In this document: positions 1 to 11,136 of the stretch, piece after piece
Position numbering within the stretch: the stretch's first letter is position 1
Layout of the letters: every line of letters begins with the position of its first letter
Origin: an uncultured Nitrospinaceae bacterium
GTDB lineage: Bacteria > UBA8248
DNA length: 64,000 bases
Assembly (NCBI GenBank): GCA_964005815.1
Contig: CAXFSR010000016.1
Coordinates: 1 to 64,000, forward strand
Direction: 5' to 3'
The notes under the pieces: generated by a model
Told to the model about the DNA's origin: nothing
Seen by the model: only the letters and a program-made list of their open reading frames with translations
The model's database searches: none
Position numbers and translations under genes: made by a program

Positions 1-131
1 TTCCACATTTAACAAAGATAGAAGACAAAGAGGGAAAAGAGATTTTGAGTTGTCCATCGAAAGAGTGTGACTACTCATTTAACGAGATAGAGGACATACC
101 TATAGATACTGCCCAAACTGCTAAAACTTAA
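1..131 (+). CDS. topA: 3' end of probable DNA topoisomerase I (C-terminal zinc-ribbon), partial
   Basis: Frame from nt 3 reads PHLTKIEDKEGKEILSCPSKECDYSF...KT* (TAA 129-131). It has a CxxxxCxY zinc-ribbon end and lies directly upstream of trmFO-xerC-hslVU, the usual topA position. Confidence 0.65.
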   Translation, partial: PHLTKIEDKEGKEILSCPSKECDYSFNEIEDIPIDTAQTAKT

Positions 132-132
132 G

Positions 133-1500
133 ATGTCTAAAAATCCCAAAACAAATCATGAGCAAAGAGTTTTAAATATTATAGGTGCTGGCCTAGCTGG
201 AACAGAAGCTGCGTGGCAGGCATCTAATCTTGGCATAGAAGTCAACCTTTTTGAGATGAGACCAAAGAAATCAACCGCGGCACATCAAACCTCTAATCTT
301 GCGGAATTGGTTTGCTCTAATTCTTTTCGTTCAAATTCAATTAGGAATGCAGTAGGGTTGTTGAAAGAAGAAATGAGAAAACTAGATTCTTTAATTATCA
401 ATTGCGCTGAAGAAGCTAAAATACCTGCAGGTACCGCACTTGCAGTAGACAGAGAAAAGTTCAGCAAAAAAGTTACAGAAAGGATAGAAAAGAATTCTAA
501 GATTAATCTAATTAGAGATGAAGTGAAAAGTCTAGAACCTTTTAAGGATAAAATCACAATTATTGCTACTGGGCCCCTAACTAGCGACTCACTTTCTGAA
601 GAAATTAAGAAATTAACAAACGAAAAATATCTTTACTTTTACGATGCAATTTCACCAATCGTATACGGAGACAGTATAGATATGTCTACCGCTTTTTTTG
701 GTTCAAGGTATGGCAAAAACTCTTCTAACGAGGAAGGAGATTATATAAATATAGGATTGAGTAAAGACGAGTACATAAACTTTATTGATGAACTAACTAA
801 AGGAGAAAAGATTCCACTTAGAGATTTTGAAAAAGCTATTTATTTTGAAGGTTGTCTTCCAATCGAAGTAATGGCGTCTAGAGGCTTAGACACTCTTGCC
901 TACGGTGCAATGAAACCTATTGGAATTGAAAATCCGAAAACAAAAGAAAGATTCTATGCAGTAATCCAACTAAGAAAAGAAAACTTAAATGGAGAATTTT
1001 ATTCTCTCGTCGGATTTCAAACTAGATTAAAGTATCCTGAGCAGAAACGGATTTTTTCTATGCTCCCAGCGTTGTCAAAAGTTAAATTTCTAAGATTTGG
1101 AAGTCTTCATCGAAATACCTACATCCACTCACCTAGATTATTAAATACAAGCTTGCAACTTAAGAAAAAAGACAATCTGCTCTTTGCAGGTCAATTGACT
1201 GGCGTAGAAGGTTATATTGAATCTTGTGCAATAGGCCTATTAGCTGGCTTATATGCAGCATCCAATTTAAGAAACGAAATACCTTTAATTCCACCTCCAA
1301 CAACAGCAATAGGTGCGCTAAATCGATATGTCGCTGAAGCTCAAAGTGAAGATTTTCAGCCTATGAATATCAATTTTGGCATTTTCCCATCATTAGAAAA
1401 TCATATAAGAAGAAAAGAAGACCGAAGAGATGCTATGATTACTAGAGCAATGAATGATCTTGAAAAATGGAGAGAGGACATATTTCTGTGCAAGATATAG
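133..1500 (+). CDS. trmFO: Methylenetetrahydrofolate--tRNA-(uracil-5)-methyltransferase TrmFO (Gid)
   Basis: IIGAGLAGTEAAWQ, AELVCSNS, YFEGCLPIE, GFQT, AGQLTGVEGY and FQPMNINFG motifs. Confidence 0.97.
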   Translation: MSKNPKTNHEQRVLNIIGAGLAGTEAAWQASNLGIEVNLFEMRPKKSTAAHQTSNLAELVCSNSFRSNSIRNAVGLLKEEMRKLDSLIINCAEEAKIPAGTALAVDREKFSKKVTERIEKNSKINLIRDEVKSLEPFKDKITIIATGPLTSDSLSEEIKKLTNEKYLYFYDAISPIVYGDSIDMSTAFFGSRYGKNSSNEEGDYINIGLSKDEYINFIDELTKGEKIPLRDFEKAIYFEGCLPIEVMASRGLDTLAYGAMKPIGIENPKTKERFYAVIQLRKENLNGEFYSLVGFQTRLKYPEQKRIFSMLPALSKVKFLRFGSLHRNTYIHSPRLLNTSLQLKKKDNLLFAGQLTGVEGYIESCAIGLLAGLYAASNLRNEIPLIPPPTTAIGALNRYVAEAQSEDFQPMNINFGIFPSLENHIRRKEDRRDAMITRAMNDLEKWREDIFLCKI

Positions 1501-2426
1501 ATAAACTCATGGAAGATTTTAGAAAAAAATTATCTAAGGAGATGGGATATTCCTCGCATACAATCAGGGCTTATTCGAATGATCTCAATAGTTTCATTAA
1601 ATTTCTATCGGAATACACAAATAAAAAAAACCCTGATTTTCTGTTAGCCGATAAATTAGCAATAAGAAATTATCTCATTCAATTACATAAACGTAAAATA
1701 AGTACTACAACTTCTAATCGTCACATTTCGAGTCTAAGAAGTTTCTATAGATACTTACAAAAGGAAGGTTTAATTAAATCAAACCCTACTGAACATATTG
1801 AACTCCCCAAGAAAAAGAAAAAACTACCGTCATTCCTTCCAGTTGATGATGCAGTTCAACTCATGGATATGGTAGATACTACTTCCGAAGAAGGAGCAAG
1901 AGATAGTATAATTCTAGAAATTCTTTATGGTACTGGTTTGAGAGTAAGTGAATTAACACAATTAAACTTAGATGATATAGACATAGAGAATAGAATGATT
2001 CACGTTAAAGGAAAAGGAAAAAAAGAAAGGATAGTTCCAATAACTCGAAAAGCTAAGGAATCTATAATTAAACACTTAGAATATAAGAATGAAGTAAAAC
2101 ATAGCGTTTCAAAACATCCTTTATTACTTAACTCTAGAGGTAATAGAATGTCCCCTGAAAGTGTAAGACAAATTTTAAAAAAATACAGACTTGAGGGGAA
2201 TTTTGGCTATTCATTTACACCTCATTCTTTACGACATAGCGCAGCTACACACTTAATGGAAAATGATACAGACTTAAGAGCTATACAAAAGCTTTTGGGT
2301 CATTCCAGTCTTTCTACTACACAAACTTATACACAAGTTAATTTTCAACAATTACAAAAAGTTTATGACCGTTCACACCCAAGGGCAAAAATAAGGAAAA
2401 ATAGAAACTCATCAAAAGGAATTTAA
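1488..2426 (+). CDS. xerC: Tyrosine recombinase XerC
   Basis: LYGTGLRVSEL, KGKGKKER, HSLRHSAATH and LLGHSSLSTTQTY catalytic motifs; trmFO-xerC-hslVU synteny. Start moved to GTG 1488, behind a GAGAGG SD. Confidence 0.9.
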   Translation: MQDIDKLMEDFRKKLSKEMGYSSHTIRAYSNDLNSFIKFLSEYTNKKNPDFLLADKLAIRNYLIQLHKRKISTTTSNRHISSLRSFYRYLQKEGLIKSNPTEHIELPKKKKKLPSFLPVDDAVQLMDMVDTTSEEGARDSIILEILYGTGLRVSELTQLNLDDIDIENRMIHVKGKGKKERIVPITRKAKESIIKHLEYKNEVKHSVSKHPLLLNSRGNRMSPESVRQILKKYRLEGNFGYSFTPHSLRHSAATHLMENDTDLRAIQKLLGHSSLSTTQTYTQVNFQQLQKVYDRSHPRAKIRKNRNSSKGI

Positions 2427-2975
2427 ATGGAAAATAAAAGAAAATTCATACGTTCCACTACTATCTTGGCATTAAGATATAATGGACAGACTGTAATTGG
2501 AGGAGATGGACAAGTAACTATGGGAGATTCTGTAGTTAAACATTCTGCAAAAAAAATCAGGAGACTATCTTCTGGTAAAATACTCGCAGGTTTTGCAGGT
2601 TCTGCATCTGATGCTATAACTCTTTTTGAGAAATTTGAGGCCAAGTTAGAGGAATACGATGGTCAATTAGAACGTGCGGCAGTCGAATTAGGAAAAGACT
2701 GGAGAACAGATCGGATTTTAAGAAGATTAGAAGCACTTTTGGCTGTTATTGACGGTGAAAAGAGTCTAATCTTATCAGGGAACGGTGACATCATTGAACC
2801 CGATGACGGTATTATTGGCATAGGAAGTGGAGGAACGATTGCAATGTCAGCAGCAAGAGGAATGATGAGTCTAAACCCTGAAGTTTCTGCGGAAGAAATA
2901 GTAAAACGTTCTCTCCAAATTACTTCCGAGATTTGTATTTATACAAACAATAATATTTCAGTGGAAACGCTCTAA
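2427..2975 (+). CDS. hslV: ATP-dependent protease subunit HslV
   Basis: STTILA (catalytic Thr after a short propeptide), GDGQVT, GFAGS, DWRTD, IGSGG and ICIYTN. Confidence 0.97.
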   Translation: MENKRKFIRSTTILALRYNGQTVIGGDGQVTMGDSVVKHSAKKIRRLSSGKILAGFAGSASDAITLFEKFEAKLEEYDGQLERAAVELGKDWRTDRILRRLEALLAVIDGEKSLILSGNGDIIEPDDGIIGIGSGGTIAMSAARGMMSLNPEVSAEEIVKRSLQITSEICIYTNNNISVETL

Positions 2976-4333
2976 TGGAAAATTTAACACCATCACAAAT
3001 AGTAAAAGAATTAGATAAATACGTTATTGGTCAGAGCGAAGCTAAAAGAGCGGTATCAATAGCCCTCAGAAATCGTTGGAGAAGACAACAACTTTCTTCT
3101 GACATACGAGATGATGTTGCCCCAAAAAATATTATTATGATCGGTCCCACTGGTGTGGGAAAAACTGAGATTGCCAGAAGACTTGCACGACTAACTAACA
3201 GTCCGTTTATCAAGATAGAAGCGAGTAAATTTACCGAGGTAGGATATGTAGGAAGAGACGTTGAAAGTTTAATCAGAGACCTAACAGAATTATCGAGGAA
3301 CATAGTATTAGAAGAACAAAGAGAACTTAATAAAACAACTGCACAAGAAAAAGCTGAAGAGAGACTTTTAGACCTCCTTCTACCGAAACCTCCAGGATTT
3401 GGTGATGTTGATGAAAGAGGACAAACCAAGGACCCATTGGGAGAAGAGTCTTACAAAAGAACAAGAGAAAAATTCCACAAACTTCTCTTAGATGGAAAAC
3501 TTGATGATAGAGAAGTAGAGTTTGAAATATCTGAAAAAGCTCCTGAAATTCACTTAATGGCAGGAAATGACCTAGAACAAATGGGAATGAATATCAAAGA
3601 TATAATGGGTGGTTTGATGCCATCTCAACCAAAGAAACGTCGTTTGAAGGTTCCAGAAGCTTTTGAAATTTTAGCGCAAGAAGAGGCCGATAAATTAATA
3701 GACCCAGAGAATGTAAATCAAGAAGCCATAAATAGAACAGAACAAGCCGGCATTGTTTTTCTAGATGAAATTGACAAAGTTGCTTCTGGTGGAAATAGCA
3801 GCCAAAGCCCTGACGTTTCAAGAGAAGGTGTCCAAAGAGATTTACTTCCGATCGTTGAGGGTTCTACTGTACAAACAAAATATGGACCTGTTAAGACTGA
3901 TCACATACTTTTCATTGCCGCTGGAGCATTTCATATTTCAAAACCATCGGATCTGCTTCCTGAACTCCAAGGAAGATTTCCGATTCGTGTAGAATTAAGT
4001 TCTTTAGAGAAAGAAGATTTTATTCGTATTCTTAAAGAGCCTCGCAATGCACTAATTAGACAATACATCGCACTACTTGAAACAGAAGGAATTGCTCTTT
4101 CATTTTCAGACGACTCAATTGACGGAATAGCAGATTTTGCGTGCAAAATTAATGAACAAAATGAAAACATAGGTGCAAGAAGATTACATACAATTATGGA
4201 AAGACTCATAGAAGACATATCCTTTAATGCCCCTGAATTAGATAATAAAACTATAACTATAGATAGACCCTATGTTGAAGAAGCTATTTCAGAAATTGCT
4301 GAAAACATTGACTTAACAAGATATATACTATAA
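2975..4333 (+). CDS. hslU: ATP-dependent protease ATPase subunit HslU
   Basis: GPTGVGKTE Walker [24 protein letters not shown] and C-terminal RYIL. Confidence 0.98.
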   Translation: MENLTPSQIVKELDKYVIGQSEAKRAVSIALRNRWRRQQLSSDIRDDVAPKNIIMIGPTGVGKTEIARRLARLTNSPFIKIEASKFTEVGYVGRDVESLIRDLTELSRNIVLEEQRELNKTTAQEKAEERLLDLLLPKPPGFGDVDERGQTKDPLGEESYKRTREKFHKLLLDGKLDDREVEFEISEKAPEIHLMAGNDLEQMGMNIKDIMGGLMPSQPKKRRLKVPEAFEILAQEEADKLIDPENVNQEAINRTEQAGIVFLDEIDKVASGGNSSQSPDVSREGVQRDLLPIVEGSTVQTKYGPVKTDHILFIAAGAFHISKPSDLLPELQGRFPIRVELSSLEKEDFIRILKEPRNALIRQYIALLETEGIALSFSDDSIDGIADFACKINEQNENIGARRLHTIMERLIEDISFNAPELDNKTITIDRPYVEEAISEIAENIDLTRYIL

Positions 4334-4399
4334 AAACATTCAATTTTCTGTTTTCTTGGTAATTTTAGTTTTACTTTTTATTTGTTTAAAGGGGTTTGT

Positions 4400-5272
4400 A
4401 TGACAAAAAAAGAGTATGCATCTACCTTAATTGAAGCACTACCATACATAAAACAATTTTCTGGCAAAACAATTGTCATTAAATATGGAGGTTCTGCACA
4501 AACAGACTCAGAATTAAACAAACTTTTCGCTGAGGACATCGTATTACTTAAATACATCGGAATTAATGTAGTAATAGTCCACGGTGGAGGTCCCCAAATT
4601 GCAGAAACTTTACAAAAAATAGGGAAAAAAAGTGAATTTATAGAAGGGCTTCGAGTTACAGACGAGGAAACTTTAGACATAGTTGAAATGGTGCTATCTG
4701 GTTCAACAAACAAAAGCATAGTCAGACTTATTAATCAACAAGGAGGCAAAGCCGTTGGTTTGTCAGGTTCAGACGCAGGACTCACAAAGGCTATGAAAAT
4801 AACTCTTACAAAAGAGAGTGATGGAAAAAAAGAAGAAATAGACCTAGGAAGAGTAGGAAAAGTCAACAAAATTAATCCTCAGATAATTCATTATCTTACC
4901 AAAGGAGATTATATCCCAGTAATTGCACCTTTAGGTGTTGATGATAATGGAAATGTTTTTAATATCAACGCAGACGAAGTTGCTGGAGCGATAGCAGGTT
5001 CTTTAGAAGCTGAAAAATTTATTTTACTGACTGACGTACAAGGGATATTAGATAAAAGCGGAACTCTAATAGGTTCTATAAATAAGGAAGAGGTACAAAA
5101 ATTACAAAAAGAAGAGATTATTGCAGGCGGAATGATACCTAAAACTAGAGCTTGTCTTGACGCTCTATCAGGTGGAGTAAAAAAAACGCATATAATCGAT
5201 GGAAGAACTCCCCATGCTCTTTTACTAGAAGTTTTCACTGATCAAGGAGTTGGTACCGAGATCATCAACTAA
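4400..5272 (+). CDS. argB: Acetylglutamate kinase
   Basis: VIKYGGS, VHGGGPQI, GLRVTD, NINAD, LLTDV and GGMIPK. ATG 4400 follows an AAGGGG SD. Confidence 0.97.
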   Translation: MTKKEYASTLIEALPYIKQFSGKTIVIKYGGSAQTDSELNKLFAEDIVLLKYIGINVVIVHGGGPQIAETLQKIGKKSEFIEGLRVTDEETLDIVEMVLSGSTNKSIVRLINQQGGKAVGLSGSDAGLTKAMKITLTKESDGKKEEIDLGRVGKVNKINPQIIHYLTKGDYIPVIAPLGVDDNGNVFNINADEVAGAIAGSLEAEKFILLTDVQGILDKSGTLIGSINKEEVQKLQKEEIIAGGMIPKTRACLDALSGGVKKTHIIDGRTPHALLLEVFTDQGVGTEIIN

Positions 5273-5289
5273 AACAAAAAGGCCCAGAA

Positions 5290-6477
5290 ATGAATAATCA
5301 AAATATAATTTCTATCGCAAAAAACTACGTAGCTCCTACATATGGCAGGTATGAATTAGCTCTAACTGATGGGAAAGGATGCTACTTATGGGATTCCGAT
5401 GGAAAAAAGTATTTAGACTTTGTCTCTGGATTAGCCGTCTGTAATCTTGGACATTGTCATCCTAAAGTAGTTAAAGCATTACAAAATCAAGCAGAAAAGC
5501 TACTTCATGTATCAAATTTATATCACATAGAACCACAAGTGCAGCTTGCAGAAAAACTTTGCAAAAATTCATTTGGTGACAAGGTTTTCTTCTGTAACAG
5601 TGGAACTGAAGCTGTCGAATCCGCCATTAAATTGGCAAGAAAATTTTCTTTTAAAAATTTTGGTGAAGACCGTCATGAAATAATTTCATTTAAAATGAGT
5701 TTTCATGGCCGAACAATGGCGTCTCTTGCTGCTACTGGACAGGACAAATACCACAAAGGATTCTCTCCACTTCTTGACGGATTTCAATATGCAGAATTTG
5801 GAAATATTTCTGAAGTTGAACAATTGGTTTCAAAAAAGACATGCGCAATTTTAGTAGAACCTATACAAGGGGAAGGAGGAGTAAATGTGCCTCCGGAAAA
5901 TTTCCTGAGAGATTTAAGAAGGATATGCGATGAAAACGAATTGCTTCTTCTTTTCGACGAAGTACAGGTAGGAATGGGAAGAACTGGAAAGCTTTGGGCA
6001 CACGAGAATTACGATGTTCATCCAGATATTATGAGCATCGCTAAAGGATTAGCAGGCGGAACAGCTATTGGAGCTTTGATTGCAACAGATAATGCAATGG
6101 CTTTTGAACCTGGAGACCATGCGTCTACTTTTGGAGGAAATCCTCTCGCTTCTGCAGCTGGATGTGCTACTTTAGACGTCATAACTTCTAAAGGATTCTT
6201 AGAGCAAGTTACGTCAATGGGAAAATATGCAACAGAAAAACTACATGAAATAGCTGCCAAACACTCTGTAATAAAAGAAATTCGCGGAAAAGGACTTATT
6301 ATCGGATGTGAAATAGACCAAGATGTCAGTTCAATTGTGATTAAAGCTATTGAAAATGGAATTCTACTAAACGTTGCACTAGGAAATATTGTACGTCTAT
6401 TACCACCTTTAATTGTAGAAAAAGAAATGATAGATATTTTTATAGATTTTTTAGACTCCAGTCTTAAGGAATTATAG
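5290..6477 (+). CDS. argD: Acetylornithine aminotransferase
   Basis: FFCNSGTEA, SFHGRT, EPIQGEGG, DEVQ, AKGL and HASTFGGNP; position in the arg operon. Confidence 0.95.
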   Translation: MNNQNIISIAKNYVAPTYGRYELALTDGKGCYLWDSDGKKYLDFVSGLAVCNLGHCHPKVVKALQNQAEKLLHVSNLYHIEPQVQLAEKLCKNSFGDKVFFCNSGTEAVESAIKLARKFSFKNFGEDRHEIISFKMSFHGRTMASLAATGQDKYHKGFSPLLDGFQYAEFGNISEVEQLVSKKTCAILVEPIQGEGGVNVPPENFLRDLRRICDENELLLLFDEVQVGMGRTGKLWAHENYDVHPDIMSIAKGLAGGTAIGALIATDNAMAFEPGDHASTFGGNPLASAAGCATLDVITSKGFLEQVTSMGKYATEKLHEIAAKHSVIKEIRGKGLIIGCEIDQDVSSIVIKAIENGILLNVALGNIVRLLPPLIVEKEMIDIFIDFLDSSLKEL

Positions 6478-6478
6478 T

Positions 6479-7411
6479 GTGAAGAATTGTGATTACCTAA
6501 TAGGAGACGAATTAGAACCAGATGAATTGACAGATTTAATTGATTCCTCAATTCAAGAAAAAAAACTTTTTAAACAAGGAAAATCTAATAAGATTCTAAA
6601 AGACAAGACTATTGGACTCCTTTTTGAAAAGCAATCTACAAGGACTCGTGTTTCTTTTGAAAGTGGAATCTATCAACTTGGAGGAAACACGGTTTTTCTT
6701 TCACAAAATATGACACAATTATCAAGAGGAGAATCAGTCGAAGATACCGCTAGAGTTCTCAGCTTATATTTAGATGCACTTGTAGTAAGAACCTTCAAAC
6801 AAAAGACCGTGGAAAAATTAGGATTACATTCTACAATTCCAATAATAAACGGTCTAACTGATCTTCATCATCCTTGCCAAGCACTCGCTGATTACATGAC
6901 ATTAAAAGAGCAATTTAAAAGCTATAAGGATATGAAAATTAGCTACTTAGGAGATGGAAACAATGTTTTACATTCACTTCTTATTCTAGGTGCAATGCTT
7001 GGTATCAATATTCATGCAGCATGCCCTAAAGAATTGTTTCCCAATGAGGCTGTTGTTAAACATGCGAAAAAAATAGCGAAATCTACAGGTTCTGATATTA
7101 CAATTTCAGATGATATTGAATCTACTTGTTCAGAAGCTATGGCAATATATACAGATGTATGGGTTTCTATGGGAGATGAAGAAGAAAAAGATTTTCGAAC
7201 TAAACTACTATCTCCATTCCAGGTCAACGAAAAATTATTTAAACTAACACATAAGGATGCTGTTTTTATGCATTGTTTACCTGCTCACAGAGGAGAGGAA
7301 GTAACTAATGACATATTGGACGGGAAAAGAAGTATTGTGTATAAACAAGCAGAAAATAGAATGCATTGTCAAAAGACATTACTTAAATTTTTGCTTAGGA
7401 ATAGCAAATGA
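6479..7411 (+). CDS. argF: Ornithine carbamoyltransferase
   Basis: STRT, HPCQ, DVWVSMG, MHCLP and QAENR; GTG start. Confidence 0.96.
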   Translation: MKNCDYLIGDELEPDELTDLIDSSIQEKKLFKQGKSNKILKDKTIGLLFEKQSTRTRVSFESGIYQLGGNTVFLSQNMTQLSRGESVEDTARVLSLYLDALVVRTFKQKTVEKLGLHSTIPIINGLTDLHHPCQALADYMTLKEQFKSYKDMKISYLGDGNNVLHSLLILGAMLGINIHAACPKELFPNEAVVKHAKKIAKSTGSDITISDDIESTCSEAMAIYTDVWVSMGDEEEKDFRTKLLSPFQVNEKLFKLTHKDAVFMHCLPAHRGEEVTNDILDGKRSIVYKQAENRMHCQKTLLKFLLRNSK

Positions 7412-8631
7412 ATTCTAAACCTAAAAAAGTCGTCTTAGCATATTCTGGAGGTCTTGACACATCCGTAATGCTGAAGTGGATAAAAGAAACATATAATTGC
7501 CCTGTTGTTGCATATGCAGCAAATGTGGGACAAGGAGATGAAGAATTAGAAGGACTAGAAGAAAAAGCTTTACAAACTGGAGCTGAAGAATGCCATATTC
7601 TTGATTTACAAAAAGAATTTGCAGAAGACTTTATTTTTCCTATGTTAAGAGCTGGCGCGATTTACGAAAATACTTACCTACTCGGAACTTCCATTGCTAG
7701 ACCAATCATTGCTAAAGGTCAAGTGGAGATTGCAAAGAAAACGAGCGCGGATACGGTTGCACATGGAGCAACAGGAAAAGGTAATGATCAAATTCGATTT
7801 GAGCTTACATATGCGGCTTTTAATCCATCACTAAAAGTTCTTTCTCCCTGGAGAGAATGGGATTTTGGTGGAAGAACTGAACTAATTGATTTTGCTAAAC
7901 AACATAAAATTCCTATTCCCGTAAGCAATGAAAAACCTTTTTCTACTGACAGAAATCTTTTCCACATCAGTTTCGAAGGTGGAATACTAGAAAATCCTTG
8001 GACTGAACCTCCAGAAGATATGTACAAACTAAGCAAATCTCCAGAAGAAACACCCAATACTCCAACTTATGTTGAAATAACCTATAAAGATGGAAATCCT
8101 ACTGAATTAAACGGAACAAAAATGTCTCCATTAGATCTCATTACAAAACTAAATGTTATAGCTGGTGAAAATGGAATAGGAAGAGTTGATATAGTAGAAA
8201 ATAGATTTATAGGTATGAAAAGTAGAGGGGTATACGAAACCCCTGGAGGAACTGTTCTCCATGAGGCGAAAAAAGCTGTAGAATCTTTAACTTTAGATAA
8301 AGAAGTAATACATTTAAAAAATTCGTTGATGCCAGAATATTCAAAATTAGTTTATAACGGTTTTTGGTATTCTCCCGAAAGAGAATTCCTTCAAGCATCT
8401 ATTGACAGTTCAATGCTTTCTGTATGTGGAACAGCAAGAGTAAAACTTTTCAAAGGTTCATGTAGAGTTGTCGGCAGAAAAGCCCCATCAAACTACAATC
8501 TCTACAGAGAAGACTTAGCTACATTTGAAAAAGATTCTGTATATTCTCAAAAAGACGCTGAAGGATTCATCAATTTAAATGCACTTAGAATTAAAACTAG
8601 TAGTGAGTTAAAGAACAAAGATAGGAATTAG
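7408..8631 (+). CDS. argG: Argininosuccinate synthase
   Basis: AYSGGLDTS, LLGTSIARP, HGATGKGNDQ and KSRGVYETPG. Confidence 0.98.
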   Translation: MNSKPKKVVLAYSGGLDTSVMLKWIKETYNCPVVAYAANVGQGDEELEGLEEKALQTGAEECHILDLQKEFAEDFIFPMLRAGAIYENTYLLGTSIARPIIAKGQVEIAKKTSADTVAHGATGKGNDQIRFELTYAAFNPSLKVLSPWREWDFGGRTELIDFAKQHKIPIPVSNEKPFSTDRNLFHISFEGGILENPWTEPPEDMYKLSKSPEETPNTPTYVEITYKDGNPTELNGTKMSPLDLITKLNVIAGENGIGRVDIVENRFIGMKSRGVYETPGGTVLHEAKKAVESLTLDKEVIHLKNSLMPEYSKLVYNGFWYSPEREFLQASIDSSMLSVCGTARVKLFKGSCRVVGRKAPSNYNLYREDLATFEKDSVYSQKDAEGFINLNALRIKTSSELKNKDRN

Positions 8632-8637
8632 TAATCC

Positions 8638-9543
8638 TTATTTCTTTTTATTAGTATCGTTTCTTCCATAAGAAAAAAGAAGGAATGAACTTGCAACGTA
8701 AACAGATGAATACGTACCTGCTATTATTCCAACAACCAAAGTAAATGCAACATCTGAGATTATCTCTCCACCAAGGAACAAAAAGGCAAGAACAGCCACA
8801 AGTGTTGTTCCAGAAGTAAGAATAGTTCTAGAAAGTGTCTGATTAATTGACATATTTACTACTTCAAAGAAACCCTGCCTTCTGCTCTTCAAATTATTCT
8901 CTCTAATTCTGTCAAAAACAACAATCGTATCGTTAAGAGAATAACCAATAATTGTAAGAACAGCCGCTACAATAGGAAGACTAAATTCCTTTCCGGAAAA
9001 AGCAAAAACCGCTACTGTTATTAAAACATCATGAACAAGAGCTATTACAGAAGCTAGCGCCTGACGAAATCTAAATCTAAAACTAACATAAATGAGTATC
9101 CCAATAAGAGCAAAAAACATACTGCTTAAAGCCTTATTTCTCAGATCTGCTCCTACTTTTGGACCTACCATCTCAGTTCTTCTTACCTTAAAAGATCCTT
9201 TCCCGAAATTATCCTCAATAGCTATTTTAATATTACTTTCTAAACCCTTTGTAGAACGTGAACTTTTTTGAACCCTGATCAAGAACTCTTTCTCTGAACC
9301 AAAATTCTGTATTACAGTATCTCCTAAAGGAAGCGGCTTTAAAGATGCTCTAAGTTTTGAAATATTTATCTGTTTTTTAAATTGCACTTGTACAAGAGTG
9401 CCCCCTGTAAAATCAATACCGTAATTCATTCCCTTTGAGAAAAGGACGAGAACAGAAAGTATTACCAAAGATAAAGAAACTAATAAAAAGAGTTTTCTTT
9501 TTCCTACAAAGTCTAAGTTAATATCCGGCCTTATCAATTCCAT
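8638..9543 (-). CDS. secF: Protein translocase subunit SecF
   Basis: GIDFTGG, VGPKVG, GYSLNDTIVVFDRIRE, SRTILT and GTYSS. Confidence 0.97.
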   Translation of the reverse strand: MELIRPDINLDFVGKRKLFLLVSLSLVILSVLVLFSKGMNYGIDFTGGTLVQVQFKKQINISKLRASLKPLPLGDTVIQNFGSEKEFLIRVQKSSRSTKGLESNIKIAIEDNFGKGSFKVRRTEMVGPKVGADLRNKALSSMFFALIGILIYVSFRFRFRQALASVIALVHDVLITVAVFAFSGKEFSLPIVAAVLTIIGYSLNDTIVVFDRIRENNLKSRRQGFFEVVNMSINQTLSRTILTSGTTLVAVLAFLFLGGEIISDVAFTLVVGIIAGTYSSVYVASSFLLFSYGRNDTNKKK

Positions 9544-11093
9544 TAAATACTTAAACTCCTAACATCCTTCGAGGAAAGAATAGAATCATAAACAAAGCGT
9601 GTACAGAAGATAGCAGTAAACATACTAGCAACAATTCCTATACTTAAGGTTACTGCAAAACCTTTTATTGGTCCTGTCCCAAATTGAAGAAGAACAAGTG
9701 CAGCAATCAAAGTAGTTACATTAGCATCCAAAATAGTTAAAAATGCTTTTCCAAAACCAGAATCAATAGCAGAACGAACTGTTTTACCCAATCTTAGTTC
9801 TTCTCGTATTCTCTCGAAAATAAGGACATTTGCGTCTACAGCCATACCAACTGTCAAAACTATACCTGCAATACCTGGAAGAGTTAATGTGGCCCCAAAC
9901 AGTCCCAAAGCTCCGGAAAGAATCACTAAATTTAGCAACAAGGCTAGAACTGCAATCATCCCGCTAAGTTTGTAGTAAATAGCCATAAAAATTAACACCA
10001 AGACAAATCCTGTGATGATACTAATTATTCCACTTCGTATTGAATCACTTCCAAGAGAGGGACCAACATTTCTTTCCTCTAAAACGTCTACCGGTGCAGG
10101 CAAAGCACCAGCACGAAGAGTAATAGCAAGATCGCTTGCTTCTTCTAATGTAAATGAACCTGTTATCTGAGCTTGTCCCTGACTTATTCTTTCTTGTATT
10201 GTAGGTGCGCTGTGAATTACACCATCAAGAACTATAGCAAGTCTTCTGCCAACATTATTAGATGTTATGCGATCAAAAGCATCTGAACCAGCACCATCAA
10301 AAGTTATGCTGACATAAGGCTCATTAAATCTATCTCCAATTGTTGCCCTTGCATCAGTAAGACTGTTTCCAGTAAGACTAGACTCTTTCCTTACAAGATA
10401 TGGTCTTCCTTTCATAGTTCTCCCTGTCCCCCGATCTCTTCTCATGTCGTAGAGCAATTGAAATCCTTCTGGTATTTCACCAGATTCAACAACTTGAGTA
10501 ACATTCTGAGTTTCGTCTACCATTTTAAATTCTAAAAGTGCTGTCTTACCTATCAGTGCTTTGGCACGAGCAGGATCATCCACTCCAGGCAATTGAATTA
10601 TAATTCGCCTTTCTCCTTGCCTTTGAAGTGTAGGTTCTCTAACACCAAACTGGTCGATTCGATTTCTGATTGTCTCTAACGCCTGTTCTACTGCTTGCTC
10701 TTTTATTTTCTCTACATTCTTGTCAGAAATTTTAAATATGAATAAAGGAGGGGTTCCCGATACTTTCGTTGAAATAAAATCAGGATACTCTTTCATCAAC
10801 TCTAGAAATCTAGTCCTATCATTATCTCTATGAATCTGAATACTAAGTGTTCTACCCTTAGAAGAAATCTTTCTAATTCTAATGTCTTTTGTTTTTAATG
10901 TACTTTTCAACTCGTTATAGTATCTTTCCACTTTAGATTCTACTGCTTTTTCAGACTGAACTTCTAAAACGAGATGAATGCCTCCTTGCAAATCAAGACC
11001 TAAATTAATACGTTCATCAGGAGGATATATATAATACCCTGCTCCAAGTAGAACGCATAAAATAACTCCTAATCTCCAACGTAAGCCACCCAT
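9543..11093 (-). CDS. secD: Protein translocase subunit SecD
   Basis: LGLDLQGG, RIDQFGVREP, LRAGALPA, VGPSLG, MAVDANVLIFERIREE and GPIKGFA. Confidence 0.98.
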   Translation of the reverse strand: MGGLRWRLGVILCVLLGAGYYIYPPDERINLGLDLQGGIHLVLEVQSEKAVESKVERYYNELKSTLKTKDIRIRKISSKGRTLSIQIHRDNDRTRFLELMKEYPDFISTKVSGTPPLFIFKISDKNVEKIKEQAVEQALETIRNRIDQFGVREPTLQRQGERRIIIQLPGVDDPARAKALIGKTALLEFKMVDETQNVTQVVESGEIPEGFQLLYDMRRDRGTGRTMKGRPYLVRKESSLTGNSLTDARATIGDRFNEPYVSITFDGAGSDAFDRITSNNVGRRLAIVLDGVIHSAPTIQERISQGQAQITGSFTLEEASDLAITLRAGALPAPVDVLEERNVGPSLGSDSIRSGIISIITGFVLVLIFMAIYYKLSGMIAVLALLLNLVILSGALGLFGATLTLPGIAGIVLTVGMAVDANVLIFERIREELRLGKTVRSAIDSGFGKAFLTILDANVTTLIAALVLLQFGTGPIKGFAVTLSIGIVASMFTAIFCTRFVYDSILSSKDVRSLSI

Positions 11094-11136
11094 TAAAAAT
11101 CCTCAATAAAAAACTAATTATCGAATTAAAATTTAA

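Noticed and set aside
6..96. Imperfect direct repeat CATTTAAC(AA/G)AGATAGA(A/G)GACA
   Set aside because: Only two degenerate copies, inside the topA coding tail; not CRISPR-like and plausibly chance.
1488..2426. Tyrosine recombinase as a marker of an integrated element
   Set aside because: It is chromosomal xerC in the conserved topA-trmFO-xerC-hslVU context, with no att sites or cargo genes.
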